A DNA stretch of 64,000 bases, taken from positions 868,001 to 932,000 of the forward strand of contig NW_027191453.1 in the NCBI RefSeq assembly GCF_011745625.1, written 5' to 3'. The DNA is from Cladosporium halotolerans. Lineage: Eukaryota. The notes beneath the pieces were generated by a model. It was not told the DNA's origin, ran no database searches, and was given only the letters and a program-made list of their open reading frames with translations. Of this stretch, positions 48,903 through 61,608 are shown one piece after another; position 1 is the first letter of the stretch; each line of letters starts with the position of its first letter. The position numbers were made by a program, and so were the translations under genes.

Positions 48903-49357
48903 ATGGCAAACGGGTACGCCGAGTCCATCCCTAGCATTTCCACACATCTCAAGCGCGCTCGTGCGCGAGCTGACGATTCCACAGCTGGAGCCTCCTCGTC
49001 AGCGTCATCTTCATCGCCGCCTTCTGCGCCGTCGCGTGGTTCGCGAGCCCGAAGGGCGAGAACCAGACGTACGCACTCCCGTCCTTTTCCCTTCCAAAAA
49101 GAGCCCAGCTAACCCAACCAGCGTCTGGCGCTCGACCCTCATCCTCTCCGCCTGGAGCTGCTGGCTCATGTGGGGTACGTATATTCTCCCCTAGGTTTTG
49201 ATGCTACCAAATGCGAATGAAAGAGAGTGGAGAGCTGACAGAGCGTTTTGCAGCGATCACGTTTCTCGCGCAGTGGCACCCGCTCATCCAGCCGCAGCGC
49301 GGCGACCTGCGGCCGGAGTACAATGGCGGGCCGGTGAAGGGGGAGAGTTTCTTTTGA
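48903..49357 (+). CDS. VMA9: V-type ATPase subunit e
   Basis: Four short exons splice to MANGWSLLVSVIFIAAFCAVAWFASPKGENQTVWRSTLILSAWSCWLMWAITFLAQWHPLIQPQRGDLRPEY..*. Not found intact by the ORF track. Confidence 0.92.
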
Positions 49358-49848
49358 TCGAGGGGAGCGGAGGAAAAAGAATGCTGTACACTGAGCGATA
49401 CGGGAGAGAAGTGGGAGTTTACGGGCGTTAAGAAATGTACTTCATGGGATTTTTGACTGGGGATAAGATGGTGGGAGATGGCCGCGGAGAGAGAGAGGAG
49501 GGTGGGAACGAGTGTCCTGGCTGGGGAGATGCGCCGGCGAATTGCACGCGTGCTTGCGTCTCTGCCGCCAGATGGCTGTGGGAGATGGGGAATGTAGCTC
49601 TGGGGATAGAGAGGGTGAAGACGAGCATTGTCACGCCGCCGCCGCGGACGGCTGGCGTGTAGCATATAACTCAACTTGTACATGGGAACCAGGACATCAT
49701 CAAAGTCAAAGCAAGTCTCTGCCCGTGCTGTTACGAGATGCGCACCGCAGCATAGGGACAAAAGATGAACGTGCTAGAGCATCAGACCATTGGAGGTGAA
49801 AGTGTCCACGCGTATCTCGAGACTATCTCCCCATCTATCCACCCTCTC

Positions 49849-50990
49849 TCACACCAACCCAACACTCCCCACAAACCTCCGCCACAGCTCAATTACATCC
49901 CCCGTCTCCACCACGCCCGCAGCAGCAACCCCTCCCCCAACCCCCACCGCTCTAAGAATACACTGTGGCAACAAATCAGCCTTCAATCCCTTCCAAAACA
50001 AACAAGGAGGGGACATCAAAACTCACCCACCCAACCCCCGCCCTGCAAACCGCCCCGACAGCCGCCAGCACACCAGCCCTCACGTACCCGCAATCGAGCA
50101 GGATCTCCAGCGCCGCCACATTGTTGATGATGACCGCCCAGCTCACGGCGCTCGCGCTGCTGGGCAGGTCGTAGTTCCACACCAGCAGCAGCAGCGGGAA
50201 GAGCTTGGTGAAGCTGCTGACGAGCAGCGCGGTGCTGATGAGCGCTTTGTGCGGGTAGTGCGGGATGATACTGGAGAGAGGCCGCGGGAGGCGGAGGGAC
50301 AGCAGGGTACGGATGGGCATGTGGAAGGACGCGGTCTCGATGGCGCAGAGGAGGAGGAAGAAGAGGTATTGGAGGAGGATGGGCTGGGAGGCGAGGAGGG
50401 AGGGGGAGGTGGCTGCGTCGGGGGGAGACAGGGGCGTGCTGCTGTTGGTGAGGTTGCTTGGGGTGGAGGGGAAAGGGGGCGGCGGGGAGAGCGGGAGGGC
50501 GGGCGAGGAGGGGGTGGCTTTTTCGATGCGCGCCCAGGTTAGGTAGACGTCGAAGAGGAGGAGGAGGATGCCGAGGCGGATTATGGAGGACTGTGGGGTC
50601 GGGGGTTAGTGGGTGGTGATGGGGAGAGAAGGGTTGGTGAGGGGCTTACGTCGAAGCGGTCGTCTTCGCGGCCTAAGCGGTTGAAGAGGAGGTGGCGGTA
50701 GACCTTGAGAGTCGTCAGTGATTTTGTTGGGTTTTGGGGTCGGTTGTAGGCTCTTTTGTCCTTGCAAGAGGTGGAGGGCGTGACAAGACTAGACTGACCT
50801 GGGGCTTGATCAAAACTAGATCAATAAATAGCACGACAAAGTCATGCTCGACATATTTGTCGGCGAACGGGATCTTGCATGCCGGACATTGCGTTAAGCG
50901 GACGCCTTTCCCAAGTGCTTTATCGTCGGCCTTGCTGTACGTCGTGTAGAGTGACGAGACTGGGTATCGACATTCGATGCAGATCGGCAT
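49849..50990 (-). CDS. ARV1: Arv1 family ER lipid/sterol homeostasis protein
   Basis: MPICIEC..RLTQCPAC..ADKYVEHD..IDLVLIKPQ|VYRHLLFN and ALLVSSFTKLF. Three introns; last exon reconstructed to TGA at 49849. Confidence 0.92.
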
Positions 50991-51611
50991 GTTGGCTAAT
51001 CTTCGTTTCACGGTTGATAAAATCAAGAGTTGCCGGAAAGGAAATGTCTTTGAACTCCGGCAAGGCCAGCTACAGCGCGAATTGTTCTCCTGTCGAGCAG
51101 ATGTTCCTCCTTCGTCGTCGTCCCGGAAGCCTCCGCCTTTGATATCTTCTCAGGTTCGCATCGCCCTCCAGTCCAGACTTGACGCGAGTTTCCAATACGC
51201 AAGGCTAGTCGCCTGGCTTCTATCTGGTTGGTTGTTTGATGAACGGTGTTGCCGTCTGAGTGAGTGCGGGTGGTGTGAGGAGGCGACGTTTGAAATCAAC
51301 CAATCAGAATTCGCCAATCGAGAAGCATATAGCGCACAACACGACCTCACTTGTTTCATGCCACACCTCACATACGTGTTGTTGTTCCATTGATATACCT
51401 GTTTTCATAAACAACTTGACGTGAAATTTCAACGAGCCTGGCATGCTCTGCCGGTTTTCTCGTCAATACCAGAGCAATGGAAATCACCACGGACGTGCCC
51501 GCACTGATGTGGACATAAGACCAACAAACAATTGGCACGCGTCGGACACCGGCCGTTCACAAACGTTTGGCTTACCACGTCATTCCATCTATGTCAGATC
51601 ACCTGGAATAA

Positions 51612-53532
51612 TCACTTCTCCCCCTTCCCATCCCCCCTCCCTCCCACCCCACCCCCAACCTCCACACTCTGCACCCCCACCACCTCCTCCCCGATAACCA
51701 CCCCGCCACTCTCCGGGCCCCGAAACTGCTTCCTCCCCGTCGTCACCCACGTCACGGCCGCAATAGCCATGATAATCCCCACGGCCGCCGACGTGTAATT
51801 CATATTCTCGGGCGTGACGGGCGAGACGGTGGGGAAATTGCATGTGATGGCGATGAACACCAGGTACACGAGGCCGAGGACGTTGAGCGGCACGCTCCAG
51901 CGGCCGAGAGAGTAGGCGCCACCGATGGCGCGGGCGGCGGGCGGCGGGTTGCGGGTTGCGAGGGAGGTGAGGCGGGCGAGGAGGACGAGGGCGTAGGAGA
52001 TGTCTGGCGTTGGGTGGTTAGTGGGTGGGGATTGGAGGTACGGGGGTTGGTGGTGAGGACGTACAGAAGCCTTCGGTTGCGATGGAGATGACGGTTTCGA
52101 AGCCGGTGACGGTGCCGAAGTAGATGCTGTCGAGGGCGAGTTGGACGAAGACGGTCAGGCAGAGGGCGTTGACGGGGATTTTGCGCTTGGGTTCGACTTT
52201 GCCAAAGAAGTCGGAGAATGGGAGGCCGCTGGAAGCACAGTCAGCTTGGATAACGTTACCGTTCGAATAGTAGGCCCACTTACCGGTCACGAGCAAAGGC
52301 GTAGACGGCACGGCCGCCTTCTGCAGTGAGCGAGTTCGATGCTCCAGAAACGATGACGGTGATGAGAGCACAGAGGCAGGTGGCTCCTGCGACAGAGCCA
52401 GTGCTGTTGAAGATGATCTCGATTACGGGCACACCGGTGGCCGTGCTGGAGGTTGCCTCAATGTCTCCCATGCAGAAGCAGAGGGCAATGAGGGCCTGCA
52501 GTGTTGGGAAAAATCAGTCAAGACTCATGGCATCAATCAAGTGTGATTGCACTCACAATGAATCCGGTGAATGCGCCGACATATACCGCGAGAACGATCG
52601 CCCTCGGCGCCTCTTTGCGTGCATTCTTGAGTTCCTCCGTCATGTGAGCTGGAGCGTCGTAGCCTGTAGTTTCCATCGTCAGCGTTCCCTCTAACTCCAC
52701 AAAAGACCAGAAAACATACAGCACATCCCAAAAGCCGACTGCAACAGCCCTAAAACCGCCGTGTAACTCGGATTGAACCCCGACAGATTAACAAAATCCG
52801 AAAACACAAAGCTCGCCGGCTGCTTGTGGTCATTAACCGCGAGAATCGTCACAATGACAATCACAAACGAGCTGATATTAAAGATGAAGATCCCCTTCGA
52901 GACCTTATCCAGCAGCTTCGGCAACAGCGTATTAAACCCCAGCGCCGCGATGCCCACGCAGTACGCCACTAGAGCCGTGTGCCAGCGCTCGATGACATAC
53001 GAGGGGTTGCAGAGGTTCGCGAGCCCGAGGATGAAGTTAGCGACGATGAAGTTGTTCGTCGCGCCCATGGCCAGGATGCCGATCAGCATGAACCAGCCGG
53101 CGATGTAGGAGAAGCCGCGCGCGATGGGCCGGGGCGCCATGACTGCTACCCAGGAGTATTGGCCGCCGGCGACGGGGTAGGCGGAGCACCTGTGGGGGGA
53201 GTCAGTTCGTTGGTCCCAAGGGGTGATGAGTGTGTGGAGGGCTAGGTCGCTTACATTTCTGCCATGCTGTACGCCACGCACAGCGTGAACAGGCAGACTC
53301 CGATCCAACTCCAGACCATGACTGGTGGCCCGCCGCTTTCGACGCCGATGATGAGGACGCTTGACAATGCCGTCCAGCTGGTGACTACGCTGAAACTGAA
53401 ACCAATCATGCCCAGCAGGCCGAACGATCGTGTAAGCTCGCTCTTGTAACCCAGTTCGTTGAGAGCGGCATCTTCGTCCAAGTTGTGGCCCGCGACCGGT
53501 TTCTGGAGCTCGTAGTCGTGATCGTCTTCCAT
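51612..53532 (-). CDS. APC-superfamily amino-acid permease (choline/GABA, ACT family)
   Basis: LGYKSELTRSFG, GGPPVMVWSW, AEM|CSAYPVAGGQY, YDAPAHMTEE, RAVYAFARD|GLPFS, NMNYTS across about six exons. Confidence 0.93.
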
Positions 53533-54689
53533 GTTGAAGACACTAGGTCAAAGCAATCGAAAGCAACCAAATATACATGCAGTTGGCGACCAAATCAGTC
53601 CGCTATAATAAGAGGCACACTCTCGCCTTAAAGCCCTCCTCACCAACCTCCCAAAACACCTCCATCCCGCAAACCCCAAACCGTAAACCGCGACGATCAC
53701 CAACTCCCAGGCACCTATTACTTAACCAGATCTCCAACCGTAGGGCCGCAGGGCAGTGACCCGCAAGGACTTGCCTCATCAAGCAAGGCAAGCTCTCCTC
53801 TCTAGACAACGTGCAGATAACGCGGCCGGCAAATGCGACATCTCCCCGCGCCGGGCAAGCAAGCGATAGCCGGCAGACGTGACGTGACGAGAAACGTTCG
53901 GTTTCTCGGGAAGAAAGCACACGACACTTCGCACGTGGGGAGCGCGAGGGAGGGCTCGTGCGGAGAGAGAGGCGTGGAGAGTGGGTTCGATTGTCTGGGG
54001 AGGGGACCGGCGAGAGATCGTCGAAGCGAGGATGCACGATCCAGCAATGGCACGGCAGACGGAGAAATGGGATCAGCTCTCGGTGTCCTCACTTTTAGTT
54101 TCAAAAGCAAGCAATTTCACTTCCTTTCACATCACGTCGATTGTTGAAGGCGTCCTTGGCGGACGCTTCTCCAGCACCGGGCAACTCTTATCTCAGCCCC
54201 AGCGAAAGAAAGTGGGGCGGGCCACGGGTCCCTTCTTCTTAGCGCCGCCAATGGATGTTGCAGGACAGGCCGATGTCGTCGAACGATAGCTGCCCGGCGG
54301 TGTGGTGTGTCAACGACAAGTATATAAGATAAGGCGTACCTTTGTAGATCAGTACTCGAAGTCCAACTCTGGACTTCCACGATGCGGACGAAAGCACGAA
54401 CACGAACACTTCATATCTCAACGACAGCAAAATGGCTCGAAATGCATTGGATATGAATACCAATGTACTATCTACAAGCGTCGACTCGCCGGCTCCAAGC
54501 CGCTGCGAGCAAAACGTTAATTACAGCGTTGGGAGCTCGCGAGCTCGAACCTCGTGCTCATCATCGCACACAGTCCCTCATACAATCCCGCGAAGCCAAA
54601 GGACATCGCGCATGACATGACATCGTCTCTTTCGTGGCCCGCAGCTAAACATGACAGTGAAGATCCCCCTCTTGCGCCTCGACTGTGCC

Positions 54690-57600
54690 TCAACCAAAGC
54701 TCCCCCCACCAAGCCCCTCCATACTCCCATTCGGCAGCCCAAAGAACTCAAACCAATCGCCCACATTCAGCGTCGTGGGCACAATGGGCCCGCCGTACGA
54801 AGAATTGCTGTACTGATCGTCGGCCTGCTGCGGCCCCGACATCGCCTGCAGCTGCGCCCACGCGGCCGGGTCCTGGTGGTACGGCGGCATCTGCTGGACG
54901 GGCTGGGAGGACTGGTCCATGGGCATCGCGGGCGGCTGCATCTGCGGCGCGAACTGCTGCTGGGGTGGCGGGGGCTGCTGCTGGCGCAGGGCCGGGTCGA
55001 CCATGTTCTGGTTGGGGCTCTCTAGCGGGAACATGCCGTTGGTCTCGGGGGGAAAGAGCTGGTCGGGCTGGTAGTTTTGCCAGAGGTCGTCGGAGATTTT
55101 GGGGGAGTTGCGGGTGTGCAGGAAGAGGTCGGGCGGGGTGCCGGGGACGGAGTAAGGCATGAAAGGCGTTGTGGGGCGGGTGTTGCTGCGGGAGGCGCCC
55201 ATGAAGGCGTCGGTGGCTTTTACTGGCTGGGGCTGGTTGGAGGCGAGCTGGGGGAGTTGTTGCGTCTGCTGTCCCTGCTGCTGCTGTTGAGGCTGTGTGT
55301 TTGGCTGTTGTAACTCTCGCGAAGGGGTAATGTTTGGCGATTGCGGCCTGGAGCGCTCGTATGACATCTGCGGTGCAGGTGGGCCGTTGGTGTATCCGAA
55401 CTCCATCTCTTCGAACTTCCGTTTGTTGCTGTCGTTCGAGACAGACTCGGTTGGAGTTGCGTCCTTGGTCTTGGTGCCACTGTGACCATTGAGTCTGCCT
55501 TTCTGATGACGCCGACCAGCAGCTCTCTGCAGCCTTTCCTCCATTGCCTTATTTCCGAGGATGGAATCGAACAGGGTGTGTACCATCTTGGCCACTAGCC
55601 AGACTTTGGATACGTCCTTGAGCGCGTTCATACAGATCGCAATCCGCCGTTGTGTGACCGACACTATCGACTGGTTGGACGAACGCATTTGGTAGACGTG
55701 CATGATAAGCGCTGAGAATAAGCTGTAGACACTGCACCCGCTGTCAGTAACGTTGCACGAACGCAGCTTGGACTGTTGTCTTACATGAAAGCAGGGGTGA
55801 AGCGGAGCTGGTCGTGAGACTGCAACGCTTCCACAATGGAAGTGATCATCCCTGCAGCTTGGTAGGCGATGGTCCTTGAAGGGTAAGCTGGCTCTTCAAA
55901 GAAGCCATTTGCTTGCCGGGACTCCGCTGATCCTGCCGGTGGCATGTGTGCACGGTGCAGTAAACAAAGCGTAGTGCTACATGAGGTCAGTAAGCGCGAA
56001 AAGGGCACGGGGTCTGCGAGACGTACTAGTAATTCGAGTGTAGCAGTGCCGACCAGAAATGGTGGCGTTGAGGTTCCCATCGTACTTCGGGCGGACAATT
56101 CTGCAGCCAATCTGCGAGGGCCATGTCGCTGTGTGTCAAGTCCAGCGCATTGTTCCGTCGCACTTTTGAGGCAACGGAATATTGTTGAGACAACACCAGA
56201 CCCATGATCTCGCAAAGCTTGACGTAGTTCAGGAAGAACTGTACGTGGATCGGGTCAGGGGGGTATTCCGCTGGCCGATCGGGCTCATCATCGATGAAGT
56301 CGTCTTCCGATACCATCTCGACATCCGAGTCTTCAATATTAATCGACACCGGTCGTCCAAGAGCAACGGCTACCGACCGGTCGCGCGTGAAGAGTGTCCA
56401 CCAGATGCGTTTCCAGAGTCGCTTGTCGGCTTTACTGAGCTGTGATGATTCGATACTATGACGCGTTAAGCGAGATTCAGTACACGATAGCCACGAATGT
56501 GTCTCACCTTCTGTGCATTCCTGACCCCTGTGCTACAATTATAGCGACGCGACTCCAGTAGAAAACGTTTTTGGTCACGTCTGAAGCGATGTCAGACCAG
56601 GCCGCGAGTGGATTGCCTGGCACTGCGTGATACTCACCTGCAAAAGTGTGTTAGCGAAGTTCTCTAAGTATTGAAGTCTTGTTTCAGAGGGTAATTGGTC
56701 TGTGGCGTTGACGGCATTTGAACAGTCGTTTGCAGCTATGCAGTATTCGCAAAGCACGATTTGTGGTCCCTGGAACGTGGGACGAGGCGGAAATGATAGA
56801 GACCTTAAACATACCTTCTGGTCCCTCCCACCACCAAGCGAGCAGGATCAAAGCCTGCACGATGGTGACTCTGTCGTCCTCGTAATTCGCATCGTACAAA
56901 GCTTTCGCGCGTTTGTAGAAAGTCATTGCTGCGGGTGTTGTGGAGCCATTAGCATCCATTAGTTGGGGATTACTGCATACCCTGGAGCCAGCCAAAAGTA
57001 TCGCCTGAAGTAAAAGTAACGATGGAGGATTTTTCGAATCTCGGTAGCGGCGCATGAACTTGCTGCGGTTGATGACTGGCACCACGGGCGCGATCCACTG
57101 GAAATAAGCGTCGACGAGTTCGTCGCACAGCGCTCTGGGAGGGAGGAGGAAGGCTCCTCGTTGATGCAGGATGTCGATTTCGACATTGTCGAGTTCATTG
57201 ACGCGGGCCCTTGCTCCTCGGACGTTCTCCGGTAAAGGATAGTGCACTACGTCGGTTGTGCCGTGCTTGTCCTGAACGAGAAGAGAAAGATTGGACGATT
57301 CTCCAAGGTATGCGACGCGGCCAGCTTCTTTGATTGGAGCTCGCGCAAACTTGGGTTTCATGTAGTGAAGGTAGGTGTTGTCGGCAGCGCGCTGCTGCGA
57401 GGCAAAGCCCTCTGGCGTCTCCGTGGGCGGGAGTGCAGCCTGTGTGTTTGCGCCAATCTCGTCCGTGTATGGTTTGCTGCTACTGAGAGAGTGTCTGCTA
57501 GCCTGGGCGCCAGATATTGCAGCAGGGGAGCGATCGGTCGTCGAGCTGTAGGACCCGCGTCGGTCGCTGCGTGCATAGTGGTCAGTGACCTGTGCTTCTA

Positions 57601-58085
57601 AATATCCTTCATCAATCCATACCTTTCCGACTCCTTCTTGCCTGCCGTCTTCTTGCGCTTGGGCGTAGGGATCTTGCAATCGATCGAGAAGGCCACGCAG
57701 TTTGTACATGGTACGCCGAGGCTAGCCGCGTCGCATCGGACCTGTAGGCAGAATGAGTACGCTGGCGTTTCCGTGAATCTTCGACGTCGGGAGTGTTATC
57801 GCACCTTTCGCGCATGACACGTCTGGGAGGTCGTTAGCAGACGTCAGGGTACATCAGACGAGACGAACTTACTTCACATGCTCGCGATGCGCGTTGCCTG
57901 ATTGGGCGGTCAGCGCTGCATACCACAGTATTTGTTCGCGATCACTACCTTCTGAAACTGGGCTGTCCACTCTGTCCGCTCTGGCCTGGGCTCTGATCTT
58001 TCTGCGCGTCGCTGGCGCTGGCGGTGTTGCTAGGGCTGGGGCCGCCAGCTCCGCCCATGTTGGCGATCGGTCGCTGGTCGGCCAT
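54690..58085 (-). CDS. farA: Zn(II)2Cys6 transcription factor, FarA/Ctf1-alpha type (fatty-acid utilisation regulator)
   Basis: Micro-exons splice to SFRRQRASRACETCHARKVRCDAASLGVPCTNCVAFSIDCKIP. Also KPKFARAPIKEAGRVAYLGESSNL, fungal-TF domain KRLWKRIWWTLFTRDR, and C-terminal VPTTLNVGDWFEFFG. Confidence 0.9.
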
Positions 58086-58776
58086 GGCGGGCAGGCGGTG
58101 TGCGCGAGGACGGCGAGGCGTGTGGTCGGTCCGGTCTGGGTCGCGGAGGGTGTTGCGACGTGGTATAGTTGTCGCGGGAGACGTGCGCGTCCGGGACACG
58201 GTCTAGACGTGGCAGGGCAGACCCGGTCGCGGATGTGCTCTTCGCGATGCCCTTATGCGGGGAGTCGCAGCAGCAGGCGCGGCGGGAAAGGCCGCCGGGG
58301 TGCGCCGGGAGGGCGTCGTTGCGGGCGGAGTGGCAGGCGAAGGAAGGCGGCGAGGCTCAGCGCGTGCTCGCCGCAGACCGGCTCGGAGATGGCAAGCGCG
58401 ACAGGCAGCAGGGCCGGTCGTTGGATTTCAGGCGCGTGAGGTGTGTGTGTCAGTTGAGCTGCCTCCCTTTCGTTTCTGGGCCGAGGCTCGAAAGCTGCGG
58501 GCCTCACGGCGCGCTCGGCGCCTCGTGCGCCGCTTTGCAGCCCGCGTCGATCGTGCTTGGCTGCTTTTCAGACGCCGCCGGCGGGCGCGGGAAGCCCTGC
58601 GAGAGGGCCTCGCGTGAGCCACCAAACCATCCTCCCATTGACTTTCAGGTGCGTTGTTTGGACAAACTGTCTGCATAGCCGCCCTGGTAACTGGGATTCC
58701 CGCGGGTGTCCGGAGACGTCGTCGCTACAGTCGACCGCAAACCAACATTACGTATACCTCCGCACAATCACAAAAC

Positions 58777-59244
58777 ATGGCATCCCAAGAGCCCAACCCC
58801 AACGGCTCCTCCACCTCCACCAACCCAGCAGCAAACATCCTCACCTACCACTGCCTCTGTGCTCAGCTCAGCCTCGCCACCACCACGGCGTTGGAGGACC
58901 TTCCCCAACGGCAGATGGATGCAGCAGCGATTGCCACAGTCGGCGACTTCGCTTCTCCGACGAGACCGACTCTGACGATGCAGGCCCTCTCTGCGGACGT
59001 CGCAGCCACAGTTCTAAAACTGGACGACGGGTTTGAGAAGCGTTACGTTGTTCGTTGCTCGCGATGCGGCTTGGCTGCTGGCTATCATCTGGACAAAAGC
59101 CAGTTCGGTGGGACCGAAGGCCAAAGTGGTCCCCAGGCGGATGTAGTCTACATTCTCCCAGGAGGGCTGCTGACGACTGAGGAAATGATGGCGGGCAGGA
59201 GTATGGAGGCTGAAATCGGGAAGGTTGGTCTAATGACAGCGTGA
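58777..59244 (+). CDS. STEEP1/CXorf56 (UPF0428)-like Zn-binding protein
   Basis: TYHCLC, LEDLPQRQMD, DDGFEKRYVVRCSRCGLAAGY, VYILPGGL. Good start context AAAACATGG. Confidence 0.75.
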   Translation: MASQEPNPNGSSTSTNPAANILTYHCLCAQLSLATTTALEDLPQRQMDAAAIATVGDFASPTRPTLTMQALSADVAATVLKLDDGFEKRYVVRCSRCGLAAGYHLDKSQFGGTEGQSGPQADVVYILPGGLLTTEEMMAGRSMEAEIGKVGLMTA

Positions 59245-59610
59245 GCTCGTTCGATGCTTGGAGTTTCTCAAACCCAATGACACCCTGCGACGCAGATGGT
59301 GCTCCACGGCCACGCTCAGTGCCTACGTATTCACGTCCTGAGAAACACACCGTGACTGCCAGGGTTTGCCGGTCGCACTTGGAAATTGATGGAGTCTCTG
59401 AAGCACAAGCACCATGCTACTTGTGACTGCAAACCAGGCGCTGCTTCGGCCAATCTTCAGCGCAAGCCATTCCAATCTTGGAGCAAACATCCACTTGAAC
59501 GGGTTTCTTCGGAAGACAACGCGCGTATGCAATTCCTCTATCTCGCTACCGTTGCGATTCCATGCCAACGAATGCGGTACAAATCACCCTCGTCAACGCC
59601 ACCCAACCCT

Positions 59611-60096
59611 CTACGCGCCCTGCGCGAAGTTCTTCTTCTCATGCTCCATGATATCCGCCACCTTCTGCGCGCTCGCGCTCTTCGGATCAAACTCATACCC
59701 AATCCACTCCCTGGCCAGCCGCCTCGCCAACTCCAGCCCAATAACGCGCTCGCCCATGCACAGCACGTGCGCGTCGTTGCTCAGAATGCTCCTCTCGACG
59801 CTGAAGCTGTCGTGCGCCGTCACGGCGCGGATGCCCGGCACCTTGTTGGCGGCGATGGCGACGCCGAGCCCCGTGCCGCAGACGAGGATGGCGCGGTCGG
59901 CGTCGCCGCGCGCGACCATCTGCGCGGCCTCGACGGCCGGGTGCGCGTAGGAGGTCTTGTCGCTCTTGTCGAGCACGCCGACGTCGACGACTTTGGCGAT
60001 GCGGGCGTCTTTTTCGAGGTCCGCTTTGATCGCGGCGCGGTAGCCGAGGCCGGCGTCGTCGCCGCCGAGCACGATGGTCATAGGCTTGGGGGCCAT
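59611..60096 (-). CDS. rpiB: Ribose-5-phosphate isomerase B (RpiB/LacAB family)
   Basis: [43 protein letters not shown]. Confidence 0.95.
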   Translation of the reverse strand: MAPKPMTIVLGGDDAGLGYRAAIKADLEKDARIAKVVDVGVLDKSDKTSYAHPAVEAAQMVARGDADRAILVCGTGLGVAIAANKVPGIRAVTAHDSFSVERSILSNDAHVLCMGERVIGLELARRLAREWIGYEFDPKSASAQKVADIMEHEKKNFAQGA

Positions 60097-60145
60097 GGTG
60101 GCTGTCTCTGTGGGGTATGTGGGAAAGGTGGGTTGGGTTGGGTGT

Positions 60146-60418
60146 TTATAGCTGGCTCGTGTCGCAGCCGACTGTGGCGGGGTTCACGTCGACGGCGTCG
60201 CCTTCGGTAACGTGCGGTTCTTCGACGCCTTTGGCTTCGTACTTGACCGGGTTGGTAGCGACGGTCGTCTTGCAAGTTGACGAATGCGGTTCTTTCGTAT
60301 CTGTTACTTTGACCTCTCCAGTAGAGTTGTCCGTGATCTTCTCGTGGAGGTACTTGTGGTCGACGTCGAGCTTGGAGGTGATTTGGATTTTGCTGTGGTC
60401 GTCGTTGGGAGAAGGCAT
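60146..60418 (-). CDS. Putative 90-aa hydrophilic small protein
   Basis: ATG ORF with coding-like codon usage, preceded by an AATAAATA element. No recognisable domain. Confidence 0.4.
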   Translation of the reverse strand: MPSPNDDHSKIQITSKLDVDHKYLHEKITDNSTGEVKVTDTKEPHSSTCKTTVATNPVKYEAKGVEEPHVTEGDAVDVNPATVGCDTSQL

Positions 60419-61608
60419 GGCGGGCGAAGAGCGAGAGAAGGGTATTTATTGCGACCGGACAAATGTGGCCACCGGAGCTGCTCTTTGCGGCTCTTTCTGC
60501 CCCTCGTGCCGGGTCAATCGAGGTGGGATACTCGAAAGAGGGGTCGATGGTCGTCGGCTACTGAGCCTGTGAGGGCGGCTTACGCTGTTGGGTATGCCGA
60601 GACCCTGGGCGCTGACTGCTGTGGCGTGTAATGATGATCTGAGCTTTTGAGGGGTTCTGGACAGTGGTTTCGTAGATATGATTAGATCTTGGTTTTTCTT
60701 TCTGATGAGTTGCTTTGCTGCTCTAGCGTATGAGGCTGATGATGAGGCCTGGGTGGCGTTTGTGGACAGTCGTCGTGAAACGTGAGCTTCAAAAGTCGTC
60801 CAGACTACCTAGAAGCTCGGCCCACGCTCCTCCGGAGTCCAGCCACGACGCATCAACCAGACAGGTACATGGCCAAGCGACAAGCGGAGTGGAAAAGTGG
60901 ATGGGACATGCAGAGCCCTTTTCCAGTCTTTCATAGGCCATCCATCGGCTTACCGCTTTATGTGTGAGGGCTCGTGCCTGTCAGCGTCTGTACCTGCATG
61001 CTCGAGCTTTTGTAGACACAAACATTGTAGATTTTAGTAAAACGCCCTTGATGCCTTTTAGCTGTGCTTATCAGACGACTTGCTCTACAGAACTGTCTGC
61101 ATCAACATTCTTGTACCAACCTATCCCAAACCGAGACAGCTCAAACCCCTCCCTCGGATTGCAAACGTCCATACCTCGGCATGCCGAACATCCATCATGG
61201 TTGTACGAGCTGGTCTCGTCTCATGGGCCTAACAGCAGAGCAAACCGGCAAAGACGAGCTTGAGGCATGCGCGTCTGCATTTAGCTTTCCTCAAAGTCAA
61301 CTTTCCCAAGCTCCAAATTACGCAAGTCCATTCCCGAGAGGCCGGCCATGTTTTGCGCTTCGCCGTTTCTCGGAGTCGCAAGCATTGCGATTCCAAATGC
61401 CCCTCTTCGCCCCGCACTCGAAAGAAAGTGTGATGGGTGGTGGATGGATGCAACGTCATGGCGTCAAACGTGCTTGATCAACAACGTTTCCACAAACGAT
61501 AACACAATATTCGCAGTCTCTGTAAACCTGTAAAGTACAATATAGTAACACCGAGTAAAAGCAATCTTCTACCCGTTCCGGAGTCCGACAACTCGCATCA
61601 GACGCACG

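Noticed and set aside
1..58085. Lipid-metabolism gene cluster (Ppo, PhyH, esterase, ARV1, FarA)
   Set aside because: The genes are spread over ~58 kb among unrelated housekeeping genes; no backbone synthase or tight linkage.
59386..60210. 274-aa plus-strand ORF
   Set aside because: Antisense shadow of rpiB.
60631..60705. Box C/D snoRNA candidate (ATGATGA..CTGA)
   Set aside because: No terminal stem and no clean rRNA-complementary guide that I can identify.
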